Source of the DNA: Polyangiales bacterium
GTDB lineage: Bacteria; Myxococcota_A; Polyangia; Polyangiales; Ga0077539
Length of the DNA: 64,000 nucleotides
Direction of reading: 5' to 3'
NCBI GenBank assembly: GCA_044229975.1
Contig: JBGARZ010000005.1
Coordinates: 480,001 to 544,000, forward strand
In this document: positions 32,198-41,991 of the stretch, one piece after another
Numbering within the stretch: position 1 is the first letter of the stretch
How the letters are laid out: every line of letters begins with the position of its first letter
The notes under the pieces: generated by a model
The model's database searches: none
Told to the model about the DNA's origin: nothing
Seen by the model: the letters and a program-made list of their open reading frames with translations, nothing else
Translations under genes and position numbers: made by a program

Positions 32198-32520
32198 GGT
32201 CGTGAGCCCCTGAAGAGTCGGTTCGAAGAAAAGAGTGTCGGCGCAGACGGCGCCGGCGCCCTCCCCGCTGACCCGCACACTCCGTTGCGAGCCCTCCGGC
32301 GACGCTTCAACGAGGCGCGAAGATTTCTCACTCCTCTCACCGCCGCCGGGCGTGTGCCGCGCCTCTGCCACCGCGTCGTGCATGCTCGGGTGATGTGCAG
32401 CAAGCGGGCCGCTGCGCAGTCCCCGTGTTTGCTCGCGTTCGGCGCGCCGTGCGCCGGGGCACCGTCAAGAGTCCACCGGTCTCGCGAGCGACGGAGGGCC
32501 GTGCGATAGAGTCCGGCACC

Positions 32521-33429
32521 ATGAGCGCACCCGCCTATCTGGAAGGGCTCCCCCGCACGAAGCGCCGCCGACCGGGGCTGTTGCTCGGCCTGTGGATCGT
32601 CCTCGTCGCCGTCTTCACCGTCGTCCTGGTGTTGCTTCCACGCTCACCCGCGGGGCCCGATGACCTCGCCGACGCACCGCCTCCACCCAGCGCGCTCGCG
32701 GAGCTCTTTGGGGCCTCGCCCTGGCTCTTCGCGAGCGTCGTCGCGCTCGCCTTCGTCGGCGTCGCGACCCTCGCGTACTCGCTGCTCATCCGCTCGCAGC
32801 GGCGGGTGCTGGTCCCGCTCCGGCTGGCCCGCCTCGCGATGGCCAACGGCGACCCCGACCTCGCGGTCGAGACCCTCCGCGACGCCGTGCGTGTGCAGCG
32901 CGGGCCGGGCATCCGGTCGGCGCTCTTCTACGCGCTCGCGCAGGTGGCCTCCGAGCGGGGGCACTTCACCGAGGCCCTCCAGATTCTCGACGAGGCCGAG
33001 ACCGCCCTCGGCACCAACGTGACCCGCTCCAACCGCGAGAGCAGCGACTACCGCGTCAACGTCCGCATGGCCCGCGCCGACGCGCTCCTCGCCCTCGGCC
33101 GCTTCGACCAGGCCGAGGCCGAGCTCACCCCGCTCCCTCCGGCGTGGATGCCCCTCGCCCACGCGTACGGCGTCGCCCTCTCCATCCGCCTCGCTGCGGG
33201 CCGACGCGACCACGCCACGACGCTGCGCCTGCTCGGCGAGCACGCCGTCTCCAACGAGCGGCGCCTCAGCCTCCGCGAGCGCTGGTTCCTTCGCGCCATC
33301 GAGCACCTCGCGCGCAGCGGCCACGTCCCCGTCGACGCCCTCCCCGACGACCCCTCGCTCCGCGAGTGGATCGCCGCCCGTGTCCCTGGTTCCGACGTCA
33401 CCATCAACGCCCTCGGAGGTGTCGCGTGA
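32521..33429 (+). CDS. Two-TM protein with TPR-like domain
   Basis: Two TMs followed by TPR-like helices (ALGRFDQAE). Confidence 0.75.
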   Translation: MSAPAYLEGLPRTKRRRPGLLLGLWIVLVAVFTVVLVLLPRSPAGPDDLADAPPPPSALAELFGASPWLFASVVALAFVGVATLAYSLLIRSQRRVLVPLRLARLAMANGDPDLAVETLRDAVRVQRGPGIRSALFYALAQVASERGHFTEALQILDEAETALGTNVTRSNRESSDYRVNVRMARADALLALGRFDQAEAELTPLPPAWMPLAHAYGVALSIRLAAGRRDHATTLRLLGEHAVSNERRLSLRERWFLRAIEHLARSGHVPVDALPDDPSLREWIAARVPGSDVTINALGGVA

Positions 33430-34280
33430 TCCGCTCCATCCCCATCGACCCCGCCGCCTACGCGTGGGTCTCGCGACCGCGCGTGATCATCTACCGCGGC
33501 CCGCTCGCGCTGCTCTCGACCTGCACCCTCGCCCTCTTCGCGGCCGTCGTCTGGGTGGGACGCCCCACCTTCCTCGCCGCCTACGCCGGAGTCGTCGCCG
33601 CCATCGTCGCTGCGATCCCCTGGTGGTGGAGCTTCCGGCGCGTCACCCGCGTCCACAACGCCGCCGTCACCGCCCTCGGCGAGGGCAACCACGCGAGCGC
33701 CCGCGCCACCTTCCGCGACGTCGTCGGCCTCATCGCGCCGCGCGGCGTGGCGGCCACCGCGCTGCACAACCTCGGCTACCTCGCCCTGCTCGCGGGCGAC
33801 TTCCCCGCGGCCGAGGCCCTGCTCCGCGCCGCCGCCGACGCGCTCGGCACCCGCCGCGTCGAGGAGGAAAACGCCATCCGCGTGCTCATCGACACCCGCC
33901 ACGCGATGGCCCTCGCGCGCCTCGGCCGACTCGACGAGGCCGACGCCGTCCTCGCGCGCGTCGAGGCCGACTCCATGGAGTCGCACGCCCACCTCGCGCT
34001 CTCCCGCGCGCTCGTCGATTTCCAGCGCGGCCGCCACGACGCCGTCGTCGAGACGCTCGACCGCGCCCGTCCCCTCGTGGCGCGCACGCTGGCGGGGGAG
34101 TTTTCGCTGCTCGCCGTCGCCCTCGACGCGATGGCCGTCCGACAGATGAGCGGCATCTACCGGGGGACCGTTCGCCGCGCCGCCGTGCTCCCGTGCAGCG
34201 ACGCCGTGCGCGAGAGCGTCGAGCGCCTGCTGCCGGGCGCCTCCGACGTGCTGCCCGGCCCCGACGAGCTCGCGGCGTAG
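33426..34280 (+). CDS. Two-TM protein with TPR-like domain (probable paralogue of the upstream gene)
   Basis: GTGA overlap; ALHNLG, RLGRLDEAD. Confidence 0.75.
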   Translation: MIRSIPIDPAAYAWVSRPRVIIYRGPLALLSTCTLALFAAVVWVGRPTFLAAYAGVVAAIVAAIPWWWSFRRVTRVHNAAVTALGEGNHASARATFRDVVGLIAPRGVAATALHNLGYLALLAGDFPAAEALLRAAADALGTRRVEEENAIRVLIDTRHAMALARLGRLDEADAVLARVEADSMESHAHLALSRALVDFQRGRHDAVVETLDRARPLVARTLAGEFSLLAVALDAMAVRQMSGIYRGTVRRAAVLPCSDAVRESVERLLPGASDVLPGPDELAA

Positions 34281-34301
34281 CGCGAGGCCGTCGATCGTTG
34301 G

Positions 34302-34340
34302 CCGGGGTTCGGGCGTCGGCCCTCACCGCCCGAACCCCGG
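34302..34340. terminator. 14-bp hairpin between convergent genes
   Basis: CCGGGGTTCGGGCG ... CGCCCGAACCCCGG. Confidence 0.55.
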
Positions 34341-34370
34341 ACCCGCGACCCCGCTCCAACCCCGTATCCC

Positions 34371-35156
34371 CTACCGCGGTCGAAACCAGTACCGGTGGCG
34401 CACCATCAGCGCGCCGAAGAGCCGTTGCTCGTGCACCGCGACGACGGTGCAGCCCGGCCAGTGCTCCGGGTCGCAGTCCGCGGGGCGCGCCGCCGACGAG
34501 GCCGCCCAGAGCGTCAGCGTCTCCTCCAACGGAAGCGGCAGCCGTCCCAGCGCCGTGACGAGCCACACGCCCGTCCCGTCGTCGCGCCCAATTCGCGCGC
34601 GGGTCGTCAGCCGAACGCCGTCGACCACCGCGCCGTCGCGCGAGACCTCGTCGAGGCGGAGGTGCCCGGTGAGGTTGCACCCGGGCAGCGGAAACACCGC
34701 GCTCATCAGCCCGACGCCCCCGTGCGTCACGACCCCATAGGCCATGACCTGCATCGTGGCCGCCCGGTCGGTGTACCGCCGCACCACGCCGCGCACCTTG
34801 TCGCGCCCGTCCCGCGCGCCCTCCAACGCGAAGGTCTCCACCGCGATGGTGCACCCATCCACCGGAACGCAGAGCTGCCCCAGCCAGCGCGCGACCCGGT
34901 GCCACAGCCTTCCGACGAGGCGAAACGGCGACCGCCACGACGGCTCGATGCGCAGGTCGAGCGACGCCGGGTCGACGAAGAACGCCGCCACCCCGACGTC
35001 CATCCGCGACGGCTCGATGGCGTCGTGGGCGAGGTCGTCGAGCGAGTCGACGAGCCCGCGCGGCGCCGTCGCCGTCGTCGTGAGACCCGCCCGCGCAAAC
35101 CAGTCGGCGCCGATGCGCCACCCCCCGCGGAGGCGGCTCCATCGTTGGCCCGTCAC
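34371..35156 (-). CDS. Conserved hypothetical protein (YndJ C-terminal-like)
   Basis: GLVDSLDDL...FF.DP....W; SAVFPLPG.N; coupled to the DUF952 gene. Confidence 0.6.
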   Translation of the reverse strand: MTGQRWSRLRGGWRIGADWFARAGLTTTATAPRGLVDSLDDLAHDAIEPSRMDVGVAAFFVDPASLDLRIEPSWRSPFRLVGRLWHRVARWLGQLCVPVDGCTIAVETFALEGARDGRDKVRGVVRRYTDRAATMQVMAYGVVTHGGVGLMSAVFPLPGCNLTGHLRLDEVSRDGAVVDGVRLTTRARIGRDDGTGVWLVTALGRLPLPLEETLTLWAASSAARPADCDPEHWPGCTVVAVHEQRLFGALMVRHRYWFRPR

Positions 35157-35491
35157 CGCGGCTCTCCCTCCGGCGCGTCGATGACCTCGTCGGGCGCCGC
35201 GTCGAAGTCGTCGAGCCGCCACACCCGACGCACCGCGCCCGGCGGAATCACCCCCTCGATGTGCGGCATCACCCCGCGCGGCGTCACGGCGAGGTCGACC
35301 GGGACGTCGAGTTGGCGCGGGTCGATCTGCAACACCGACGGCGCCGTCGGTCCGGTGAAGTACAGCCGCGCGCTCTCCCGCACGGCGTCGCGATACGACG
35401 CGTGGACGAAGCCCTCGCGCCCGAGCGACGCGGGCGCGCAGGCGGCGGCGAGGTCGTCCCCGTCGAGCGTGAGGTGATAGAGCCAGCGCAT
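35153..35491 (-). CDS. DUF952 family protein
   Basis: LYHL, SL.REGFVHAS, LQIDP, PHI.G.IP..AV. Confidence 0.85.
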   Translation of the reverse strand: MRWLYHLTLDGDDLAAACAPASLGREGFVHASYRDAVRESARLYFTGPTAPSVLQIDPRQLDVPVDLAVTPRGVMPHIEGVIPPGAVRRVWRLDDFDAAPDEVIDAPEGEPR

Positions 35492-35638
35492 CGTCAACGC
35501 GGCCTCCCGGGCGTCACGTGGTGATTCATGGCGGCCTTCGACGGCTACCACGAACGCGACGGTCCGATGGGGATGTGTCGGGAAGGAGGGAAGTGACCCC
35601 ACCCGCGTCGGCGCGGGGTCACCGGAGGAGGGAGAAGG

Positions 35639-38600
35639 TCAGAAGCAGGCGACGCTCTTCACGATCTGGACGGACGAGCCCGAGATCTCCGAGAGGCTCG
35701 TGTACCCAGCGGGGATGCCGCTGATGCTCGAGTGGGCGTAGGAGCCCCAGGCGAGCGCGCCGACGGTCTGCCCCGCGAGGAGGGGATGGCTCGCGCCAGC
35801 CGTGGTGATCGCGGTCGGGTCGCCGCTGGCGCCGCCCGTCGCGAGGCCGCTGCCGAAGGTGCCCGCGTAGGTGGCGAGCGAGAGCCCCGAGCAGCCGGTG
35901 CTGAAGTAGAGGCCGGTGTGGCCGCCGTCGGCGTTGCGGCCGAGGCCGCCGAGGTAGCGCACCGCGTTGGCGATGAACGTCCGCGCCGACGCGTTGCTCG
36001 CAGGCCCGGCGTGGAAGGCCGCGTCCGTGGTGGTGATCTCGATGCGGCCGCTCGCGACGGCCGGGCCCCAGGCAGCCTGGCTCGACTGGAACGCCGAGAA
36101 GTCATCTCCACCACACTCGCCGCCGACCCAGAGCAGGTCGTACTGGCCGAAGTTCGCGGTGGTCAGCGCCGACCAGGCCGCGTTGGACACGCGCGTCACC
36201 ACCGTGCCCGACGGGAAGTACGTCGTGGAGTTGGTGTCGCTCGCGTTGGTGAGCACCAGCACGCGGTACGGGCCGGCGTAGCAGGCGAAGCCGCAGGTGC
36301 CGGACGCGCACGAGCCGCCGGCGCACACGTTGCCGCAGGTGCCGCAGTTGGACGGGTTGGTGGCGAGGGTGACCTCGCAGCCGTCGCTCGCCACGCCGTT
36401 GCAGTCGGCGAAGCCCGCCATGCAGGTGAACCCGCAGGTGCTCGTCGTGCACGTCGAGACCGCGTTGGCGCGCGCCGGGCACACGGTGCCGCAGGTGCCG
36501 CAGTTGTTGACGTTGCTGCGCACGTCGACCTCGCAGCCGTTGCCGGAGATGCGGTCGCAGTCCGCGAAGTTGGCGTTGCAGACGAAGTTGCACGCGCTCC
36601 CCACGCAGACGGGCGACGCCGCCGTGCGCGCCGGGCACGCGATGGCGCAGCCGCCGCAGTTGCTCGGGTCGATGGCCGTGTTGACGCAGCTCCCGCTGCA
36701 GGTCGTGAGGCCCGCCGCGCAGGTCGTCACGCAGACGCCCGCCGCGCAGATCTGCCCGGCGGTGCACGCCGTGCCGCAGCCGCCGCAATTGGCGCGGTCG
36801 GTCAGCGTGTCGCGGCAGGTGCCCGAGCAGTTGGTCTGGCCCGCGAGGCACGTGGTCACGCACGACCCGCTCGAACACACCTGGCCCGCGAGGCAGGCGC
36901 GGCCGCACACCCCGCAGTTGGTGTTGTCGTTGCTCACCGTCACGCACGAGCCGCCGCAGTTGGTCTGGCCCGTCGGGCACGACACCACGCAGCCGCCCGC
37001 GAGGCACGCCTCGCCCGACGCGCACGCCCGACCGCACATGCCGCAGTGGGCGCGGTCGGTCTGGAGGTCACGGCACGAGCCCGAGCAGTTGTTGAGGCCC
37101 GCGGCGCAGGACACCACGCACGCGCTCCCCGAGCACACCTGGCCCGCGGCGCAGGTCACGCCGCAGCCGCCGCAGTTCGCCCGGTCGCTGGTGAGGTCGC
37201 GGCACGAGCCCGAGCAGTTGGTGAGGCCCGTGAGGCACGACACCACGCAGGTGCCCGCCGAGCACACCTGACCGGCCGCGCACGACCGGCCGCACATCCC
37301 GCAGTTGGCGCGGTCGTTGTCGAGGTCACGGCACGAGCCCGAGCAGTTGGTGAGCCCCGCCACGCACGACACGACGCAGGCGCCCCCCGAGCACACCTGA
37401 CCGGCCGCGCACGAGACGCCGCACATGCCGCAGTTGGCGCGGTCGCTGGTGAGGTCGCGGCACGATCCGCCGCACGAGGTGAAGCCCGTGGCGCAGGACA
37501 CCACGCAGGCGCCCGCCGAGCACACCTGCCCGGCCGGGCACGAGTTGCCGCACATGCCGCAGTTGGCGCGGTCGTTCTGCACGTCGCGGCACGAGCCCGA
37601 GCAGTTGGTCTGCCCGGCCACGCACGACACCACGCACATCCCGCCGGAGCACACCTGCCCCGAGGCGCACTCGTTGCCGCAGGTGCCGCAGTTGGAGCGG
37701 TCGCTCTGCACGTCGCGGCACGAGCCCGAGCAGTTGGTGAGGCTCGACGCGCACGACACGACGCACGCGCCGCCCGAGCACACCTGGCCGGCCATGCACG
37801 TGCGCCCGCACGCCCCGCAGTGGTTGAGGTCGGTCTGGAGGTCGCGGCACGAGCCCGCGCAGTCCGAGAGGCCCGCCGTGCACGAGGTCACGCACGCGCC
37901 GCCCGAGCACACCTGACCGGCCGCGCACGCCTGGCCGCACATGCCGCAGTTGGCGCGGTCGCTGTCGAGGTCACGGCACGAGCCCGAGCAGTTGCTGAGA
38001 CCCGTCCCGCAGGAGGTCACGCACATCGCCCCGGAGCACACCTGGCCCGCGGCGCAGCTCACGCCGCACATGCCGCAGTTGGCCCGGTCGCTGGTGAGGT
38101 CGCGGCACGAGCCCATGCAGTCCGTGAGGCCGCCGCCGCAGGTCGTCGCGCAGGTCGCGCCAGAGCACACCTGACCGGCGCCGCACGCGTTGCCGCACAC
38201 GCCGCAGTGGCCGCGGTCGCTCTGGAGGTCGCGGCACGAGCCGTCGCAGTCGACCTGTCCGGTCGGGCACGACGTCATGCAGACGCCCGCGGTGCACGCC
38301 TGGCCCGGCATGCAGCTACGGCCGCACATGCCGCAGTTGGCGCGGTCGCCCTGGAGGTCACGGCACGAGCCCGAGCACTCCGTCAGGCCCATGGTGCAGG
38401 AGGTCTGGCAGCTGCCCGCCATGCACACCTGACCGGCCGGGCACATGTTGCCGCAGGCGCCGCAGTTGTTGCGGTCTTCCTGCACGTTGGCGCAGTAGCC
38501 CGCCGCGCCGGCGTCCATGCCCGTCGCCATGCAGGCCGTGAAGCCCTGGGCGCAGCTCGTCACGCAACGGCTGCCGTCGCAGGTCTCGCCCGCGCGGCAG

Positions 38601-39151
38601 GCCGTCCCGCACGACCCGCAGTTGGCCGGGTCGCGCGTCAGGTCGGAGCAGGTGCGCGAGCCGCCCGCCGTCGTGCAGGTGGTGAGCCCGCCCGTGCAGG
38701 TGAGCTGACACACGCCCATCGAGCAGACCTCGCCGGGCCCGCACCGCGTGCCGCACGCCGCGCAGTTGTTGTTGTCCGTCGCGAGCAGCACGCACTGCTC
38801 GGCGCCCGCGTCGGCGCCCGCGTCACCGCCGCCCCGACACACGGTCTGGCCCGTCGGGCAGACGATGCGACAGACGCCCTCGCGGCACTGGGTGCCGACG
38901 CCGCATGCGTTGCCGCACGCGCCGCAGTTGAGGTTGTCCATCGCGATCTGCGCGCACGCGTTGTTGCAGAGCAGCTGGCCCGTGGGGCAGGTGAGCGGCA
39001 CGTCCACGGCGACGTCGACGGTGACGTCGGCGCCGGCGTCGACGGGCGGCGCTCCCACCACGGACGTTCCGCTGGTACAGCCCGCGAGCGCGGTGAGCGA
39101 TGCCATGGCGACGAAAGCCGCGGCACGAAATGTTGGCAATGACCAGTCCAT
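35639..39151 (-). CDS. Large Cys-rich repeat lipoprotein (Stig1/MXAN_6577-like repeats)
   Basis: Lipobox LAGC; about 20 units of C..G.T.CSGSCRDL..DRANCG.CG..C..GQVCS.G.C; globular C-terminus. Confidence 0.9.
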   Translation of the reverse strand: MDWSLPTFRAAAFVAMASLTALAGCTSGTSVVGAPPVDAGADVTVDVAVDVPLTCPTGQLLCNNACAQIAMDNLNCGACGNACGVGTQCREGVCRIVCPTGQTVCRGGGDAGADAGAEQCVLLATDNNNCAACGTRCGPGEVCSMGVCQLTCTGGLTTCTTAGGSRTCSDLTRDPANCGSCGTACRAGETCDGSRCVTSCAQGFTACMATGMDAGAAGYCANVQEDRNNCGACGNMCPAGQVCMAGSCQTSCTMGLTECSGSCRDLQGDRANCGMCGRSCMPGQACTAGVCMTSCPTGQVDCDGSCRDLQSDRGHCGVCGNACGAGQVCSGATCATTCGGGLTDCMGSCRDLTSDRANCGMCGVSCAAGQVCSGAMCVTSCGTGLSNCSGSCRDLDSDRANCGMCGQACAAGQVCSGGACVTSCTAGLSDCAGSCRDLQTDLNHCGACGRTCMAGQVCSGGACVVSCASSLTNCSGSCRDVQSDRSNCGTCGNECASGQVCSGGMCVVSCVAGQTNCSGSCRDVQNDRANCGMCGNSCPAGQVCSAGACVVSCATGFTSCGGSCRDLTSDRANCGMCGVSCAAGQVCSGGACVVSCVAGLTNCSGSCRDLDNDRANCGMCGRSCAAGQVCSAGTCVVSCLTGLTNCSGSCRDLTSDRANCGGCGVTCAAGQVCSGSACVVSCAAGLNNCSGSCRDLQTDRAHCGMCGRACASGEACLAGGCVVSCPTGQTNCGGSCVTVSNDNTNCGVCGRACLAGQVCSSGSCVTTCLAGQTNCSGTCRDTLTDRANCGGCGTACTAGQICAAGVCVTTCAAGLTTCSGSCVNTAIDPSNCGGCAIACPARTAASPVCVGSACNFVCNANFADCDRISGNGCEVDVRSNVNNCGTCGTVCPARANAVSTCTTSTCGFTCMAGFADCNGVASDGCEVTLATNPSNCGTCGNVCAGGSCASGTCGFACYAGPYRVLVLTNASDTNSTTYFPSGTVVTRVSNAAWSALTTANFGQYDLLWVGGECGGDDFSAFQSSQAAWGPAVASGRIEITTTDAAFHAGPASNASARTFIANAVRYLGGLGRNADGGHTGLYFSTGCSGLSLATYAGTFGSGLATGGASGDPTAITTAGASHPLLAGQTVGALAWGSYAHSSISGIPAGYTSLSEISGSSVQIVKSVACF
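36640..38470 (-). repeat. Intragenic tandem repeat, 129-bp (43-aa) period
   Basis: Recurring GGCACGAGCCCGAGCAGTTG / GCCGCAGTTGGCGCGGTC; boundaries approximate. Confidence 0.85.
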
Positions 39152-39254
39152 GGGAATCCTCCTGCTCGACCGCGGAGCGTCGAGCGTCCAACCGGGGACA
39201 CAGCGTCGCACCCTGTGCAACGATCTGTGAAGAGACATGTTGGGTCACCTGACG

Positions 39255-40778
39255 ATGGGCGGACGAGTGCGGCACACCTGGACGGCGTTTGTAGTGTTTT
39301 CGGTGCTCGCGGCCGACCCGACGAGGGCGCTCGGCAACGGGCGTTTCCCTACAGCCAACTACTTCATCGCGGGGCCCGGAACGACCAACCAGGTGCTCGC
39401 GCTACGCACCACCTTCGGGCTGGTGGTGTCGCGCGACGCGGGTCGCTCGTGGGGGTGGGTCTGCGAAGAGGGCTACGGCGCGGTGAGCTCCGGCGACCCG
39501 TCGTTCTCCATCGGGTCCGACGGCAATCTCGTGATCGCGACGGTCAACGGGATGTTCGGCGCCGACCCGGCTTTCTGCGCGTGGGGGCGCGCCCCGGGGA
39601 CGCCCGAGCGCGGCTTCGTCGACGTGGCGCACACCGCCGACAACCGCGCGATGGTGGCCGTCGCGGGGTCGCCCACGTACCAGCTCTTCCGCTCGGACGA
39701 CAGCGGCCGAAACTGGGCCGCGGGCGCCTCGCTCACCGGGTACTTCGCCGAGACGGCGGACGTGGCGCCGAGTGATCCCACGCGCGTCTACGCGACGGCG
39801 TACGGCTCCGGCGCGGTGCCTGTGTTTCTGCGCAGCGACGACGGCGGGCGCACGGTGCGCGAGATGACCCGCGACTTCGACGGGGCCGACGGCAGCGGGT
39901 ACATCGCGGCCGTCGACGCGCGCCGGCCCGACGTGGTGTACGTGCGGGCCAACCTCGGCATCGGCACCATCCTGCTGAAGAGCACCAACGGGGGGATGAG
40001 CTTCACGCGCATCGGGCGCACCACCAGCGCCATGGTCGGCTTCGCCCTCTCGGACGACGGCGACACCGTGTGGATCGCCGGCGCCGACCGCGCCGAAGGT
40101 CTCCAGCGCTCGGTGCGCGGCGGGCCGTGGACGCGCGTCGGCGGCGACCTCAACGTGAAGTGCCTCCGCTACCACGCGGGGATGCTCTTCGTGTGCGCCG
40201 ACGAGGCCGTCGACGGCTACGCCCTCGGATGGTCCCGCGACAACGGCGACCACATCGATCCGCTGCTCGCGCTGCGCCGCCTCAGCGGGGTGTCCCCCGC
40301 GTGCGCAGGCACGCCCGTCGATCGAACGTGTAGCCCGACCTGGTCGATGCAGACCATGCTGCTGCGGAGCATCGACGCGAGCGCGCCGCGCGACCCGGTG
40401 TTCTACGACGACGCGGGCATGGAGGCGGGCACCGAGGCAGGCGCCGACGCGGGCGCCCTCGACGACCGCGGAGACCTCGACGCCACCGCCGTCACCGACG
40501 CGGGCCTCGACGTCGGCGTGACGGCCCGGGACGTCGTCGATGCGTCACCCGTCGACGCCCCGATGGACGCGCGCACCGACGCCGGGACGACGCCCGATGT
40601 CAGACCCGCCGTCCCGCCGCCTGCGACGGGCTGCGGCTGCCGCGCTGGTGCGACGGAAGACGGCGGGCGCTACGGAATTGCAGCGCTCGTCGCGGGCCTC
40701 AGCGTGATGACGCGTCGTCGTCGTCGGGCAGGCGCACCACCAGGCCCGACGGAGCGTCGAAGGGGTCGTCGTTGGTGA
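39255..40778 (+). CDS. BNR/Asp-box beta-propeller surface protein with MYXO-CTERM
   Basis: NGRFP, SRDAGRSW.W.CEE, RSDDSG, RSDDGG, STNGG; GCGC + TM + RRRRR; alternative start at 39237. Confidence 0.85.
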   Translation: MGGRVRHTWTAFVVFSVLAADPTRALGNGRFPTANYFIAGPGTTNQVLALRTTFGLVVSRDAGRSWGWVCEEGYGAVSSGDPSFSIGSDGNLVIATVNGMFGADPAFCAWGRAPGTPERGFVDVAHTADNRAMVAVAGSPTYQLFRSDDSGRNWAAGASLTGYFAETADVAPSDPTRVYATAYGSGAVPVFLRSDDGGRTVREMTRDFDGADGSGYIAAVDARRPDVVYVRANLGIGTILLKSTNGGMSFTRIGRTTSAMVGFALSDDGDTVWIAGADRAEGLQRSVRGGPWTRVGGDLNVKCLRYHAGMLFVCADEAVDGYALGWSRDNGDHIDPLLALRRLSGVSPACAGTPVDRTCSPTWSMQTMLLRSIDASAPRDPVFYDDAGMEAGTEAGADAGALDDRGDLDATAVTDAGLDVGVTARDVVDASPVDAPMDARTDAGTTPDVRPAVPPPATGCGCRAGATEDGGRYGIAALVAGLSVMTRRRRRAGAPPGPTERRRGRRW

Positions 40779-41991
40779 GCACCCACAGCGTCGGCAGCGA
40801 CGGCGGCTGCGACGGTCCGTCCCCCTTGCCGTCGGTGAAGTACACCACTCCTTCGTGACGACCGCCGTCGACGCGCGCCTGCTCGAACACCGGCGCGAAG
40901 TCCGTGTCGCCGCCGCCCAGAAACACTTCTATCGCAGCGCCCAGCCCGTAGACCCGCAGCACCGCGGCGTCGCACTCGACCACCGTCACGCTCGCCACGC
41001 GACCGAGCCGGCGTAGCTCTCGCGCGACGCGACCGAGCACCTCGGCGCTCATGCTCCCGGAGGTGTCCACGCCCACCAGCAGCCGCGGCCGGGGCGGGCG
41101 GCGCGCCCTCCCCGGAACCTCCCCCAGCCGGTGGGGAAAGCGGCGGTTCACGCGTCGATGATCGGGGTGCACCACGCGCCGCCGGGGGAAGGCCCGCGCC
41201 AGCACGCGCGCCCAGTCGAGGGCTCCGCGGCCCGGTGGGTCGGTGACGGCGCGCTCCAGCTCCTTGGTGATGAGCTTGCGCTGCGGGTCTGTCGTCGGGT
41301 CGTCGTCGCCCTCGCCGAGACCGCGGAGGTGATCGAGGATGGTGCGCTTCATCCGCGCGATGGCCTCGGCGTGGGTGGGCGGGCCGAGGCCGAAGGCGCG
41401 GTTCCAGTTGCGGGCGGACGAGCGATCGCTGCGACGGTCGAGCGCGTCGCCAAGCCCGGCGCCCGCGGACGCTCCACCGCGACCCGGTCGGTGCGAGTCG
41501 ATCATGCGGTGCTCCCACTCGATGAAGTACAGCCGACCGTCACGAAACGCCTCTTCCAACAGGGCGTAGCGCTCCAGGGTGCTCTGCCCCGCGCGCAGCC
41601 CGAAGGCCGCGAAGTCGCGCAGGTGGATGCCGCCCGGCAGCGGGTCGGTGATGGGCTCGTTGGCCGACACCTCCATCGCGATCTCCATCACGCGAGGCGC
41701 CTCCACGGCGTGGATGCGCGCGCTCGTCAGGTGCCCGAGCACCACGTGCTGGATCTCGTGGAGCAGGATGCCCGCCATGTACTCGGGGTGCTCCTCGAAG
41801 TAGGCGGTGTTGACCATGAGGTCGATGCGCGAGCGCGGATCGCGCGGGCGTTGCAGCGCCACGGCCATGGTGTCGACGGCGCGGGTCGAGCGCGGGTCCA
41901 TGCGCGCGAGCACTCCCGCGTAGTGGGGAAAGCGCGCGACGAAGCCCGACGCCTCCAGCCAGCGGTCGAACCACCCGGCGCGCTCGCTCAT
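40699..41991 (-). CDS. DUF2201-type metallopeptidase-vWA protein
   Basis: LLHEIQHVVLGH; VGVDTSGSMS; GGGDTDF.PVF; YFTDG.G. Confidence 0.88.
   Translation of the reverse strand: MSERAGWFDRWLEASGFVARFPHYAGVLARMDPRSTRAVDTMAVALQRPRDPRSRIDLMVNTAYFEEHPEYMAGILLHEIQHVVLGHLTSARIHAVEAPRVMEIAMEVSANEPITDPLPGGIHLRDFAAFGLRAGQSTLERYALLEEAFRDGRLYFIEWEHRMIDSHRPGRGGASAGAGLGDALDRRSDRSSARNWNRAFGLGPPTHAEAIARMKRTILDHLRGLGEGDDDPTTDPQRKLITKELERAVTDPPGRGALDWARVLARAFPRRRVVHPDHRRVNRRFPHRLGEVPGRARRPPRPRLLVGVDTSGSMSAEVLGRVARELRRLGRVASVTVVECDAAVLRVYGLGAAIEVFLGGGDTDFAPVFEQARVDGGRHEGVVYFTDGKGDGPSQPPSLPTLWVLTNDDPFDAPSGLVVRLPDDDDASSR

Noticed and set aside
36640..38470. Regular 129-bp repeats as a CRISPR array or DGR
   Set aside because: In-frame coding repeats with no unique spacers; no cas or reverse transcriptase genes
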